DNA from: Malacoraja senta
Taxonomy: Eukaryota
DNA length: 64,000 bases
Direction of reading: 5' to 3'
NCBI GenBank assembly: GCA_038087875.1
Contig: CM075995.1
Span: 8,310,001 to 8,374,000, forward strand
In this document: one piece after another, positions 63,281-64,000 of the stretch
Layout: each line of letters opens with the position of its first letter
How positions within the stretch are numbered: position 1 is the first letter of the stretch
Made by a program: the position numbers and the translations under genes
The notes under the pieces: generated by a model
What the model was told of the DNA's origin: nothing
The model's database searches: none
What the model saw: the letters and a program-made list of their open reading frames with translations, nothing else

Positions 63281-64000
63281 CCGTAACTTGCTACACTGTG
63301 GATGTACAAGAACCGATGAACAAGCCTTTTCCAACACTTGAAAGCTAACCGGTTCGGATGTTGCGTCCTCCATCTGCGAATATTTATCTGTTCTTGAGCT
63401 CATCCTATCCAAGATCACATGATACTGACCATGCCAGTAGCTTCATTAACCACGTTCTTTTTGACTGAGAGATAAAGCAGGGGAGCTGGCCCTTCGGCCC
63501 ACGGAGTCCAAGCCGGCCCGTTCACGCTAATTCCATGTTATCCCACTTTCTCATCAACTCCTTGCACTCGAGGGACAATTTTGAGGCCAGTAAACTTACA
63601 ACCCCGCACGTCTTTGTGGGATGTGGGAGGAAACCGGAGCACCCGGAGGAAACCCACGCGGTCACGGGGAGAACGTGCAAACAGAACACTGTGGAGGCCA
63701 AGTCAATGGATATTTTTAAGGCACAGATTGGCAGATTCTTCATCAGTACGAGTGTCAGGGGCTTTTGGGGAGAAGGCAGGAGAATGGGGTTGAGAGGGAG
63801 AGATAGATCACCCATGATTGAATGGCGGAGTAGACTCCAGATAGATACAAAAAGCTGGAGTAACTCAATGGGTCAGGCAGCATCTCTGGAGAGAAGGAAT
63901 GGGTGACGGTTTGGGTCGAGACACTTCCCGTTTTGGGTCAAGACCCTTCTAAGTTGACATAGGACGTACTGTAAGTTGTCCAAAGGGACAGTTTCTTCCC

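Noticed and set aside
62260..63480. Unique stretches (62260-62490, 63290-63480) as the next DNAJC13 exon
   Set aside because: No frame matches the expected continuation (recalled as HFKxQxDNP); the next exon is probably beyond the window

Overview
Vertebrate genomic DNA, most likely a skate or ray (inferred from HE1/V-SINE-like SINEs and very dense CR1 LINE fragments). The only host gene is a + strand, 19-exon internal portion of DNAJC13/RME-8 (11011-59265). Its 2418 spliced nt (~806 codons) include the J-domain HPD motif, all introns are GT-AG with consistent phases, and both ends of the gene lie outside the visible exons. Almost everything else is transposable element: an L1 with an open ORF2 start and a long inter-ORF spacer, many CR1 pieces, L2 and Rex1/Babar-like fragments, Penelope fragments and short Penelope-derived elements carrying minimal hammerhead-ribozyme motifs, a nearly intact Passport-like Tc1, hAT-like and Harbinger-like non-autonomous elements, two near-identical young tRNA-SINEs and a possible solo LTR. 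There is also a ~1.7 kb tandem duplication running into a 200-N gap. Best leads: a duplicated exon start flanking a LINE, a transposon-built branch point, the intronic hammerhead family with its 66-bp arrays and possible target-site preference, and a strictly phased 16-bp array. No clearly new protein-coding system is visible. TE family names come from motif recognition, not database searches, and most TE boundaries are approximate.
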